Source of the DNA: a virus
Direction: 5' to 3' (one strand)
Virus record (IMG/VR): IMGVR_UViG_3300016466_000841
Coordinates: 13,976 to 77,975 of that record
DNA length: 64,000 nt
A program made the position numbers and the translations under genes. Below are positions 8,679 through 17,039 of this stretch, one piece after another. The notes below the pieces were generated by a model, which was given only the letters and a program-made list of their open reading frames with translations, was not told the DNA's origin and did not search any database. Every line of letters starts with the position of its first letter. Within the stretch, counting starts at the first letter, position 1.

Positions 8679-9251
8679 TTAGTCAAACCAGATGTTGTTA
8701 TTTACACTCACTTGAAAACTCACACGCACAGTTTCGATGTCTTGTACACCGTGTAACACCATGGCATTGAGAATCACCCAGCGACCAGTGGGGAATTGCA
8801 CACGTTCCAACACACGCAGTCGACTGAAGTCGTTGCATACTGCCTGGCGTTTGGTGCGTACAATAGGCTCACCTTCTTCTTCGTAAAAGTATGTGGCGGT
8901 ATTGGCTCCACCTGGCTCGATCAAGTATAGCATAGTAAAATCTCTTGTCAAGTCCGTGTGTGGGCCTTGATGTCGTCCCAGCCGTCCATTGGTGAAACTC
9001 ACACCACAGTCAAATCCTTCGGGATGGATATTTTCATGCACCCAATCATAAAACTCTTGATTGATATCCAAACGAGTTTGGTAAGTGACCGGTTCTTCTC
9101 GGCCGTCAATGATGAGCTTGCGGCTCTTGTACCAGTCGTCAAGATTGTCTTCGGGTCGATCGGTATCAACAAACTGTTTAAGGTCTAAGGCCGCATCAAC
9201 GAAGTGTTGTGGCACCGGGGGAAGATTTTTTAGCACTACATAGGTAAACAT
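8679..9251 (-). CDS. 2OG-Fe(II) oxygenase-like protein
   Basis: HTD...LHGV...RVSFQ facial-triad pattern; tandem paralogue of 9268-9861. Confidence 0.6.
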   Translation of the reverse strand: MFTYVVLKNLPPVPQHFVDAALDLKQFVDTDRPEDNLDDWYKSRKLIIDGREEPVTYQTRLDINQEFYDWVHENIHPEGFDCGVSFTNGRLGRHQGPHTDLTRDFTMLYLIEPGGANTATYFYEEEGEPIVRTKRQAVCNDFSRLRVLERVQFPTGRWVILNAMVLHGVQDIETVRVSFQVSVNNNIWFD

Positions 9252-9267
9252 TTTAAAATCCTTCGAT

Positions 9268-9861
9268 CTAGTCAAACCAAACATTGTCAGCGATGCTGAC
9301 TTGAAAACTTGTTCTTATAGTTTCGATGTTTTCTACTCCATGCAGGATCATAACATTGAGAATGACCCATTTAGCGATGGGAAATTGTGCTCTTTCTATC
9401 AATTGCAGCCTGCTATAGTCATTGCAGACTGCTTGTCTGTCAGACCTTACTATTGGGTGCCCATTTTCTTTGTAGAAACAGGTGGCGGTATCGGGGCCTC
9501 CGGAATCTAGTAGATATATCAATGCAAAATTTCTTTTTAAATCAGTATGGGGGCCTTGATGACGGCCAAGGCGGCCATCGGTGAGGCTTACTCCGCAAGA
9601 TCGTCCTTGGGGATGAATATTTTTATGTACCCAATTGTCAAATTCTTGCCCAATATCTTTGCGTCTTTGATATGTGGTAGGTTCTTCCTTTCCGTCAATC
9701 AATAATTTTCGATTTTTGTACCAATCGTCGTCGGAGGTCTTTTCAGATTTCCAGCCTAGGTCGAGCTCTTCGAGGTCTATGGATTTCCTTAGGTCGTAGG
9801 CGATGTCAACAAAATGCTGCGGCACAGGAGGAAGATTTTTGAGCACCAAATAAGTAAACAT
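9268..9861 (-). CDS. 2OG-Fe(II) oxygenase-like protein
   Basis: HTD...LHGV...RTSFQ. Confidence 0.6.
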   Translation of the reverse strand: MFTYLVLKNLPPVPQHFVDIAYDLRKSIDLEELDLGWKSEKTSDDDWYKNRKLLIDGKEEPTTYQRRKDIGQEFDNWVHKNIHPQGRSCGVSLTDGRLGRHQGPHTDLKRNFALIYLLDSGGPDTATCFYKENGHPIVRSDRQAVCNDYSRLQLIERAQFPIAKWVILNVMILHGVENIETIRTSFQVSIADNVWFD

Positions 9862-9873
9862 TCACGCATCCTT

Positions 9874-10155
9874 TTAAAACCAGGCCATGGCCCGGCTGAA
9901 TCCTAGTATATTAGCAGCTACAAAGTAACCTGTCAACAGCATGGGCCAGGCCAAGCGGCGGCGATAATAAGCGATAACAGCGGCCACCGACCCAACAAAA
10001 AATCCCGGATATACCAAACGCATGTCGGGGCTGGCTGCGCTCCATGCCAGGCTCATACTGGCAGCAACGGTGAATACAAAACTGATGATTTCAAGGTAAA
10101 AAGCTGTCTTATCACTGTGATAGCTTTGTTTCCAAAAATTTAATATGGTCTGCAA
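9874..10155 (-). CDS. Hypothetical membrane protein
   Basis: Three hydrophobic segments. Confidence 0.7.
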   Translation of the reverse strand: MQTILNFWKQSYHSDKTAFYLEIISFVFTVAASMSLAWSAASPDMRLVYPGFFVGSVAAVIAYYRRRLAWPMLLTGYFVAANILGFSRAMAWF

Positions 10156-10223
10156 AAGGAATTTCCGATATTGTGTGCCGTGTTTTTGACAAAGTCAATA
10201 AATACAGAAAATGGATTGAAAAC

Positions 10224-10391
10224 ATGGACTATAACATCTACATCAACAATCAGCTCTATAAAACAGTTTCTGGCGGTAATGGTTACAACTATGTTGAAAT
10301 CATACAGGATATACAACGTGCTCGAGATGCCGGTGAACTGAGTTTATTTAACTTGGATTCTGGGTTGGCTGTTCGAGTCGAGCAACAATAA
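10224..10391 (+). CDS. Hypothetical small protein
   Basis: ORF track, start moved to MDYNIY; TAAATA late promoter upstream. Confidence 0.55.
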   Translation: MDYNIYINNQLYKTVSGGNGYNYVEIIQDIQRARDAGELSLFNLDSGLAVRVEQQ

Positions 10392-10495
10392 CTCGCTCTC
10401 AGTATTTAGTCCAACAATTGGGTTGAGTTTATTTGACCCACCATCAATGACAATTAAATAATAGTATCAAATTGTTATTCTACGATCAAAACACC

Positions 10496-11086
10496 ATGAA
10501 CAAAAACTTTACCTACAGGCTCATGCCTGAACTTCCGGCTCCGCCACAGAGTCTCATTGACCTAGTGGATTTTGGTTTCCGCCCTGAATCCAATAATACA
10601 TCCACCATGGGAACTCGAGAGCTCAAGGATTGGAAAGGCTACAATGGTCCTGCGCTAAGAAACATGCGCAGGATCGAAGAACCCTTCCAATCTGCTTTTG
10701 ATACGTGGATCAAGGAAAACATAACCAAGAACTATCAGAACTCCAGTCTCATGTATTGCCACGGTGGCGGCTTTGCTGCCGGAGCTACCAGCACCGGAGC
10801 ACACACAGATTTCACCAGAGACTATGTGCTCATGTACAATCTTGACACCGGTGGCGACGATGCCGAGCTGTTTTTTTGGAAAGAAAAAGGTCATGATCTA
10901 ATCCGTCCTCGCGCAACACAATGCGGAGATTATCAATCCCTGGAAATGGTCGATAGCGTCCCGGGTCCTGCCAATGTCTGGTATCTCACCAATACCAGGA
11001 TCCTGCACAGCACCGAAAATGTCACTGGTGTGAGATTGAATCTGCAGATCAGCTTCGACAATGAAGTTCCGACAGAACTGCTATGA
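10496..11086 (+). CDS. 2OG-Fe(II) oxygenase-like protein
   Basis: AHTD...LHS...RLNLQ; same family as the 8679-9861 pair. Confidence 0.6.
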   Translation: MNKNFTYRLMPELPAPPQSLIDLVDFGFRPESNNTSTMGTRELKDWKGYNGPALRNMRRIEEPFQSAFDTWIKENITKNYQNSSLMYCHGGGFAAGATSTGAHTDFTRDYVLMYNLDTGGDDAELFFWKEKGHDLIRPRATQCGDYQSLEMVDSVPGPANVWYLTNTRILHSTENVTGVRLNLQISFDNEVPTELL

Positions 11087-11631
11087 AGATAGCGATAACC
11101 GGTTCTACCTGGGGTATCGGAGAATCCATTAGAAAAAAATTTCAAGCTCACGGACACGAAGTCATTGATTTCAGCCGTAGCCAAGGCTGGGACATCGCGG
11201 ACCCTGCCATACAAGATCGCATAGTTCAGGCGATCGAAGACTGTGATGTCTTTGTCAACAATGCACACGCAGGTTTCGCGCAGGTCGATTTACTTTTCAA
11301 AGCACAGGAAAGTTGGCGCGGCAAAAAGAAAACCATAGTCAACATTGGCAGTTCTATCACCATGCGATGGGACACCCGCAATCGCGATCCCAGATACCGT
11401 AACGAAAAATTGGCACTGGATGATGCCTGTGAGTTTCTTTGGAATCGCGATGCTTGGCCGCAGATCATGTTGTTCAAACCCTGTGCCGCAGATACTGCCA
11501 GGATGGCACATTGGTCAGGAGAAAAAGTGTCTCCGGAAGAATTTGCCGAGTTTCTTTACCTTTGCTTGAGCCAAAAAAAATTCAGGGTCCAGCAGGTAGG
11601 CATTGCCATTAATCCCGCTGACCCTGAATAG
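11083..11631 (+). CDS. Short-chain dehydrogenase/reductase (SDR)
   Basis: TGSTWGIG Rossmann motif, NNA, YxxxK (YRNEK). Confidence 0.85.
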   Translation: MKIAITGSTWGIGESIRKKFQAHGHEVIDFSRSQGWDIADPAIQDRIVQAIEDCDVFVNNAHAGFAQVDLLFKAQESWRGKKKTIVNIGSSITMRWDTRNRDPRYRNEKLALDDACEFLWNRDAWPQIMLFKPCAADTARMAHWSGEKVSPEEFAEFLYLCLSQKKFRVQQVGIAINPADPE

Positions 11632-11637
11632 ATCTGT

Positions 11638-11796
11638 TTAACTTGGTACCAGTCGTGGCAAGTAAGGCACCGACCTAGGACCGTATAATTCCTGCAATCT
11701 ACGACGTGCCTCTTGGGCCGAGTCGGCACCGATTCGAACTTTTATCTCTTCGGTGCCAGGTCCTGGTTGCCTCACAGTGGCTTCCCATAATTTCAT
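11638..11796 (-). CDS. Hypothetical 52-aa protein
   Basis: Manual translation MKLWEATVRQPGPGTEEIKVRIGADSAQEARRRLQELYG...; SD AAGGA. Confidence 0.6.
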   Translation of the reverse strand: MKLWEATVRQPGPGTEEIKVRIGADSAQEARRRLQELYGPRSVPYLPRLVPS

Positions 11797-11807
11797 AATT
11801 ATTTCCT

Positions 11808-12422
11808 TTAATCCACTATGGGACCGTTTCCGTTACGGAACCCAACGACACCACCCTCCTCTTGGATCCTCTTTATGACATCTTCAAATAGGATGGGAGC
11901 GAAGTCGGGTGTTTGCTCCACGCACACACAGTGATATCTCGGGTCAATCTCTGTGCTAGAATACAACACTTCGCCGGTTCTAGCGTCAACACCTCTCGCC
12001 TTCATAACTCTGTTGGCATGTAAGTGCCCATGGATGTTCACACCAAAACGACCAAGGCTGGCTTCATGTACAGGGATGTGACTTAAGATCATTCCGTTCA
12101 TGACATGGTAAGCACGTAACTCTCTGAAGTACTGCCGGTACTCATCGTCACGGAAGATGTCATGATTACCGCGGATGAGAACTTTGTCACCGTTGAGGCG
12201 GCTGAGCGTTTGCAATGCTCGTCTATTGATAACAACATCGCCTAGGTGATAGACTTTGTCGTTGGGCTTCACACGGGCGTTCCATGCGGCAATCATGGCT
12301 TCGTCCATCTCTGCAGGATCATCCCAGGGACGCAGTTTGGTCACACCATCATTGCGGGTAAAGCGACACACGCCTGCGTGACCAAAGTGCGTGTCACTGA
12401 CTAAAAATACCGCCGGCATCAT
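11808..12422 (-). CDS. Calcineurin-like metallophosphoesterase
   Basis: SDTHFGH, LGD, GNHD and HGHLH motifs. Confidence 0.9.
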   Translation of the reverse strand: MMPAVFLVSDTHFGHAGVCRFTRNDGVTKLRPWDDPAEMDEAMIAAWNARVKPNDKVYHLGDVVINRRALQTLSRLNGDKVLIRGNHDIFRDDEYRQYFRELRAYHVMNGMILSHIPVHEASLGRFGVNIHGHLHANRVMKARGVDARTGEVLYSSTEIDPRYHCVCVEQTPDFAPILFEDVIKRIQEEGGVVGFRNGNGPIVD

Positions 12423-12433
12423 CGCCTCCTTTC

Positions 12434-12961
12434 TTAAACGTCTTGGTTGTTATTAAAACGATATTTGCGTCTTGCATCAGCAAGTGTAAACACCTTTTCG
12501 TTGTCGTTGGTCCAGTCTTCGTCGACAGGAGACCCGTTGATCGTGTGAGGCTCCTGTTCGTCATAGGTCCAACCTAAGGCCTTCATCATACGATGTTTGA
12601 CTACTAGATTAGGGCTACGAAAAACTTCAGTATCATTGAACCCCATCATGACACCTACTTCGCAGACTGCCCCAGATCGGCAGATACCAGCATGACAATG
12701 TACCACAACGTGCATACGCTTTTCCAGTGCATGTTGTAATAGTTGCACCAGTTGATCAGCTTGTGCCTGAGTACAGGCAAACTCATGATCGTGTTCTTCA
12801 ATATCAAGAAACTCAAATTGATGAACTTCCTTAAATTGTTTCAAGGGAGCAGGGAACTCGTATGCTGGATCTACAATTTGGATCAGCATACTGTTTTCTC
12901 CTGCATCGAAGTGACGAGCACTTTTGATATCGATGATCGATACATTTTGTATCCAAGGCAT
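12434..12961 (-). CDS. Cys-based (PTP/dual-specificity-like) phosphatase
   Basis: VHCHAGICRS CX5R motif. Confidence 0.85.
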   Translation of the reverse strand: MPWIQNVSIIDIKSARHFDAGENSMLIQIVDPAYEFPAPLKQFKEVHQFEFLDIEEHDHEFACTQAQADQLVQLLQHALEKRMHVVVHCHAGICRSGAVCEVGVMMGFNDTEVFRSPNLVVKHRMMKALGWTYDEQEPHTINGSPVDEDWTNDNEKVFTLADARRKYRFNNNQDV

Positions 12962-12979
12962 AGGTTACTCCTAAAAATT

Positions 12980-13055
12980 TGGTAGCGGGGGCAGGATTCG
13001 AACCTGCGATTCTCGGCTTATGAGACCAAGCGGATAACCACTTCCATACCCCGCG
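12980..13055 (-). tRNA. tRNA-Met(CAU), initiator-like
   Basis: Loop CT-CAT-AA; C1:U72 mismatch; CGCGGGG acceptor; own promoter TTGACT-N18-TATAAT at 13084-13113. Confidence 0.9.
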
Positions 13056-13126
13056 TCTCGGGTTCGTCGCTAAATAATTTTATATTATATTTCCTAAGTT
13101 GTAATCCAGTCAACCATACAAATTCA

Positions 13127-14293
13127 ATGAATAAAATATTAAACCCAAAAAAAGATCGTTTTGGTTTTTATCTTGTCAACGGCTTTAAAACCTACAGCAA
13201 GGTCGAGGCTCTCGAAATAGCGACAGCGACCAATCATCCAGTAAAATGGATTTTCAATGACCTAGAATTTTCATCTCACGATTGGACCAAAGAACCAACC
13301 GAATCTCTGCCGGAATTGTATGCCGCGAGAGCTCGGCAGATTAGAGAATCCTATGACCACGTCGTGATATTCTATAGTGGCGGAGCCGATTCAGGCAATG
13401 TAGTCAACAGTTTTGTAGACAACGGAGTTCCATTTGAAGAAATAGCCACTTACAACTATTGGAAGGCCGATCCAAGAAAAGATACATACTTCCACGGCGA
13501 ACAAACAAAAGTCAGCTATCCCCGTATCAAAGAACTGCAGGACCGTGGTATTAAATTTTTACATAGACCCATCGATCTTTCTGACATAGCCTATGACATC
13601 TTCACGGATGATTACTGGTCGACCAATCGGGCTTATTATGCCAATGGCCATTGGGGAATGACTCATCTAGCAAAAAGTTATATCAGAGAACGAGTCGACG
13701 ATTATAAAAAAATAATTGAAAGCGGAAAAAAATTGGTATTTGTTTGGGGCAGCGAGAAACCCAGGATAACCTATAAACAATCCACAGACCAGTATTTTTT
13801 TAGATTTGTCGACAACATCGACAACGGAATAAGCACTCGACAATTGCTACTATCTCGGGAAGAGGAACATGACGAATTGTTTTACTATAATCCCAATTGC
13901 GCCAAGCTACTTTGCAAACAAGGACACACGATCATGAATTTTTTTCGACAACACAAACAAATGGAAGTAGAGCAATTATACACAGAAACAAAATTACCCG
14001 ACATAAACTTCATGTTCGACAATTCTGTCACCGACGATGGTCTCTTCTATAGAAATTTATTGAATTGGTTAATATATCCTAAATTTGATTTCCAGATGTT
14101 TACCTTGGGAAAACCATGGAGTGCAGTCTACAGCCCCAGAGATGAAGTTTGGAGCAAAGACATAGTTTTTTCTTCCCAGATCAACAACCTAGCAGGACAT
14201 CTTTCAAGTCTTGATAAAAAATGGTGGAGAGATCCCAACGATATCAACAAAGGGTTAACACACATCATGTCGCGACCATATGCTTTGTGCTGA
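13127..14293 (+). CDS. PP-loop protein, paralogue 3
   Basis: YSGGADS motif; aligns by eye with the 6016-8366 pair. Confidence 0.7.
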   Translation: MNKILNPKKDRFGFYLVNGFKTYSKVEALEIATATNHPVKWIFNDLEFSSHDWTKEPTESLPELYAARARQIRESYDHVVIFYSGGADSGNVVNSFVDNGVPFEEIATYNYWKADPRKDTYFHGEQTKVSYPRIKELQDRGIKFLHRPIDLSDIAYDIFTDDYWSTNRAYYANGHWGMTHLAKSYIRERVDDYKKIIESGKKLVFVWGSEKPRITYKQSTDQYFFRFVDNIDNGISTRQLLLSREEEHDELFYYNPNCAKLLCKQGHTIMNFFRQHKQMEVEQLYTETKLPDINFMFDNSVTDDGLFYRNLLNWLIYPKFDFQMFTLGKPWSAVYSPRDEVWSKDIVFSSQINNLAGHLSSLDKKWWRDPNDINKGLTHIMSRPYALC

Positions 14294-14296
14294 TAT

Positions 14297-14491
14297 GAGT
14301 TAGAGTCAAAGGCACCGTCCTGTGTTTAAAAGGGTTCACTCATCGTCGTCCCTTCCCCACGAACATACTCATCCTGTAGCCAGCAGGCACGCCCGGATAA
14401 TGGGTGTAGCGGCCCGGGGTGGATCTCTCCCCTAACGGTTGGGGTATGGCTGGCTAAGCCGTTCTTTCGCTCACGCCTTTGACTCTAACCC
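14297..14491 (-). ncRNA. Candidate ~195-nt structured RNA
   Basis: Closing inverted repeat GTTAGAGTCAAAGGC/GCCTTTGACTCTAAC; inner stems TAGCCAGC/GCTGGCTA and CCCGG/CCGGG; directly 3' of tRNA-Leu(UAA). Confidence 0.65.
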
Positions 14492-14496
14492 ACGAT

Positions 14497-14581
14497 TGGT
14501 GCGACTGGCCAGAATCGAACTGGCACGCCCGAAAGCGAGAGATTTTAAGTCTCTTGTGTCTACCGATTTCACCACAGTCGC
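14497..14581 (-). tRNA. tRNA-Leu(UAA)
   Basis: Loop CT-TAA-AA; variable arm; CCA. Confidence 0.95.
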
Positions 14582-14582
14582 T

Positions 14583-14665
14583 TGGTGCCCCAGGAGAGAC
14601 TCGAACTCTCACGCACTAGGCACCGGTTCCTAAGACCGGCGTGTCTACCATTCCACCACCAGGGC
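14583..14665 (-). tRNA. tRNA-Leu(UAG)
   Basis: Loop CT-TAG-GA; CCA. Confidence 0.95.
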
Positions 14666-14729
14666 ACGGTGTATTCTCTGATTATACAGCAAAGAAAAAA
14701 AGAAAACAATCAAATTGGATGGGAAAATA

Positions 14730-14852
14730 CTAAAATAACCAATCACAGGATTTGCTGAAAGTGATCATGTAATAGCATCCAAGAAATTCTCCGGTATAAT
14801 AAAGCACGACCATCAGCAACGCCATCGCTGCTATTATGAATTTTTCTTGCAT
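14730..14852 (-). CDS. Small hydrophobic protein (40 aa)
   Basis: MQEKFIIAAMALLMVVLYY...; SD AAGGA. Confidence 0.5.
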   Translation of the reverse strand: MQEKFIIAAMALLMVVLYYTGEFLGCYYMITFSKSCDWLF

Positions 14853-14867
14853 GACATTTTCCTTGAT

Positions 14868-14946
14868 TGGTGCCGACTCCTGGAATCGAACCAGGTTCCC
14901 GGGCTCTTCAGACCCGTGCTGAAATGACCACACTAGCTCAGTCGGC
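14868..14946 (-). tRNA. tRNA-Phe(GAA)
   Basis: Loop CT-GAA-GA; CCA. Confidence 0.9.
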
Positions 14947-14957
14947 AAATTATTTTT

Positions 14958-15034
14958 TGGGGTGAAGGACGAGAGTTGAACTCGCTCTACCTGTTTCACA
15001 GACAAGTGTGCTGAACCGTTACACTACCAACACC
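14958..15034 (-). tRNA. tRNA-His(GUG)
   Basis: Loop CT-GTG-AA; G-1:C73; CCA. Confidence 0.9.
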
Positions 15035-15049
15035 ATGGGAATCTTCTGT

Positions 15050-15124
15050 TGGCCTCGCTGCCCAGAATCGAACTGAGATCTTGACCTTAGGAGTGTCGTG
15101 TTCTATCCGTTGAACTACAGCGAG
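15050..15124 (-). tRNA. tRNA-Arg(CCU)
   Basis: Loop CT-CCT-AA; weak anticodon stem; CCA. Confidence 0.85.
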
Positions 15125-15125
15125 A

Positions 15126-15365
15126 TCAAGCCCAAGTCATCACAAACAATAATCTATCTTGATCCCATCTAAATCCCACGCCGATTCGGTGGGTGTAACC
15201 AGAGTCTGCCCATGCCCAATGGCTGAAGTGTGGCCCGACATTGAGCAACAGCCAATGCTCTATCGTCTCCACTCCTTGTACCCAATCGAGCTGATCTCGA
15301 TCAGTCATGGGCCAAGGTACCGAAGCCAAATGATCAAACCCAGAATGTTCGACCAACATGCGCAT
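15126..15365 (-). CDS. Small phage protein related to the FxLRWS family
   Basis: Ends ...RLLFVMTWA; TAAATA 5 nt before the ATG. Confidence 0.65.
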   Translation of the reverse strand: MRMLVEHSGFDHLASVPWPMTDRDQLDWVQGVETIEHWLLLNVGPHFSHWAWADSGYTHRIGVGFRWDQDRLLFVMTWA

Positions 15366-15377
15366 GCAAATATTTAT

Positions 15378-15454
15378 TGGTCCGAGTGGAGAGATTCGAA
15401 CTCCCGACCCTCTGCTCCCAAAGCAGATGCGCTACCAGACTGCGCTACACTCGG
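15378..15454 (-). tRNA. tRNA-Pro(UGG)
   Basis: Loop TT-TGG-GA; CCA. Confidence 0.95.
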
Positions 15455-15460
15455 ATGGGT

Positions 15461-15534
15461 TGGTGCCCCGGCGGTGAATCGAACACCGGACTCATGCTTA
15501 CAAGGCAAGTGTTATACCACTTAACTAACAGGGC
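15461..15534 (-). tRNA. tRNA-Thr(UGU), second divergent copy
   Basis: Loop CT-TGT-AA; CCA. Confidence 0.9.
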
Positions 15535-15538
15535 CGGA

Positions 15539-15589
15539 CCATATAGAAACACACTCATTGACGTTGATCTCAAATGTGTTTTTATATGG
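15539..15589. repeat. Spacer hairpin, copy 1 of 3
   Basis: ccatatagaaacaca...tgtgtttttatatgg; related to 20696-20779 and 20781-20818. Confidence 0.75.
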
Positions 15590-15661
15590 TAGGGGCGGGG
15601 AATTTCGAAATCCCGACTCTCTGGTTAAAAGCCAGATACTCTGCCTCTGAGTTACGCCCCC
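15587..15661 (-). tRNA. tRNA-Lys(UUU)
   Basis: Loop CT-TTT-AA; CCA. Confidence 0.95.
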
Positions 15662-15716
15662 AGAAATTTACCACTCTTGTCACTGGACATGACAGTCTCT
15701 CCTTTGAAAAAATGTA

Positions 15717-15792
15717 TGGCTGGGGATGATGGACTCGAACCACCGAATGCCGGAATCAAAATCCGGTGCCTTACCAACTTGGCGAATCCCCA
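15717..15792 (-). tRNA. tRNA-Gln(UUG)
   Basis: Loop TT-TTG-AT; CCA. Confidence 0.95.
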
Positions 15793-15797
15793 ATGTA

Positions 15798-15873
15798 TGG
15801 TGGAGCCGACAGGGATCGAACCTGCGACATTCTGCTTGCAAAGCAGACGCTCTCCCAACTGAGCTACGGCCCC
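15798..15873 (-). tRNA. tRNA-Ala(UGC)
   Basis: Loop TT-TGC-AA; G3:U70; CCA. Confidence 0.95.
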
Positions 15874-15886
15874 ATATTTTAGAACA

Positions 15887-15961
15887 TGGCCCGACCGGAG
15901 GGAATCGAACCCCCATTATGGGCTTAGAAGACCCTTGTATTATCCATTATACGACGGTCAG
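15887..15961 (-). tRNA. tRNA-Arg(UCU)
   Basis: Loop CT-TCT-AA; CCA. Confidence 0.9.
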
Positions 15962-15967
15962 ATTGTT

Positions 15968-16042
15968 TGGTGCGGGATCACGGTTTCGAACCGCGGACCC
16001 TCTGAATGTAAATCAGATGCTCTACCCCTGAGCTAATCCCGC
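15968..16042 (-). tRNA. tRNA-Val(UAC)
   Basis: Loop TT-TAC-AT; CCA. Confidence 0.95.
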
Positions 16043-16057
16043 TTTATATTTTTATTC

Positions 16058-16132
16058 TGGAGCGGGTAGTCGGATTCGAACCGACGGCATTTTCCTTGGC
16101 AAGGAAACATTCTACCCCTGAATTATACCCGC
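16058..16132 (-). tRNA. tRNA-Gly(GCC)
   Basis: Loop TT-GCC-AA; U73; CCA. Confidence 0.95.
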
Positions 16133-16138
16133 ATCGTA

Positions 16139-16369
16139 CTATTTGACTTTATTGAGATACTCTCGACCATAACGGCCTTCCTGCAATTCCAACAATGCTG
16201 TTACCACAGGCAATGCATGACTGGTCAGCTGGCTTTCTTTGTGATGACGAGAGATTTCTCTGGCTCTCGCTGATGCCATAAGGATCATGTCATATTTGTT
16301 GCCGGCATTTTCTGAGCAACGTTGTATGTCAAGCAATGGTGTGCGACTGGGTATGAGTTTGTTAGACAT
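16139..16369 (-). CDS. rpoZ: RNA polymerase omega subunit-like protein
   Basis: GNKYDMILMASARAREI...PVVTALLELQEG matches the omega pattern NrYdLvliAarRARql...kPvviALrEiaeG. Confidence 0.75.
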   Translation of the reverse strand: MSNKLIPSRTPLLDIQRCSENAGNKYDMILMASARAREISRHHKESQLTSHALPVVTALLELQEGRYGREYLNKVK

Positions 16370-16386
16370 GTTGTTTCCTTTGTGTG

Positions 16387-16950
16387 TTATTTTAAAATGA
16401 ATCCGATTCTGTCACCGCATCTGCTTTCGTAAAAATTTTCTTTCCAGACTGGCACAATCTCTTCACTGTCATGGTTGCTAAAATCATCATTGTAACGCAG
16501 GTGTGCTTCGATTACTTTGTCGCCGATCACTTCTACATTAAACCACTCATATCTGTCGGCCACTTGTTGCAGGCTGGGTGGAAGATCAAATGTGTCTGAG
16601 ATTTTTTTCCATCTAGAAAATCGATCTAATCTTTCGGGATCGTCCCGGAACCCTTCTGCTGCCAAGGTCTGTTTGCCATAATTATAATCAAAGGTCATGT
16701 GCCTACCAAAAAACAGTTCGCACCAAAAAAATCCATCTGGCACTTGGCTTTCATGATCTATGTAGACTACACCAGCACCGCGGCTCATCATCCTGAAGTT
16801 CACACAAGGTCTCACGATGTATCGTCCAGGTCGGGGCGGTACAGTTCCTGCGGGGCCGCAATCGTAACCCAGGCTCTTGGACAGTATGAATTTGTCATAG
16901 ATCCAAAGATCTCTTGGCTGGATAAAGTCTAAAACATCAATGTCGTCCAT
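16387..16950 (-). CDS. Conserved phage protein, possibly ATP-grasp-like
   Basis: YIVRPCVN...G, FWCE, NVEVIGDKVIEAHLR pattern. Confidence 0.6.
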   Translation of the reverse strand: MDDIDVLDFIQPRDLWIYDKFILSKSLGYDCGPAGTVPPRPGRYIVRPCVNFRMMSRGAGVVYIDHESQVPDGFFWCELFFGRHMTFDYNYGKQTLAAEGFRDDPERLDRFSRWKKISDTFDLPPSLQQVADRYEWFNVEVIGDKVIEAHLRYNDDFSNHDSEEIVPVWKENFYESRCGDRIGFILK

Positions 16951-16963
16951 GCATGCCTCAATT

Positions 16964-17037
16964 TGGAGCGGCGAGCGGGAATCGAACCCGCGCGATCAGC
17001 TTGGAAGGCTGAAGTTCTACCATTAAACTACCGCCGC
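16964..17037 (-). tRNA. tRNA-Gly(UCC)
   Basis: Loop CT-TCC-AA; CCA. Confidence 0.95.
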
Positions 17038-17039
17038 AT

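Noticed and set aside
14297-14491. RNase P RNA (AGAACGGCTTA resembles its 3' conserved segment)
   Set aside because: The partner GAGGAAAGTCC segment is absent, and the order and length do not fit
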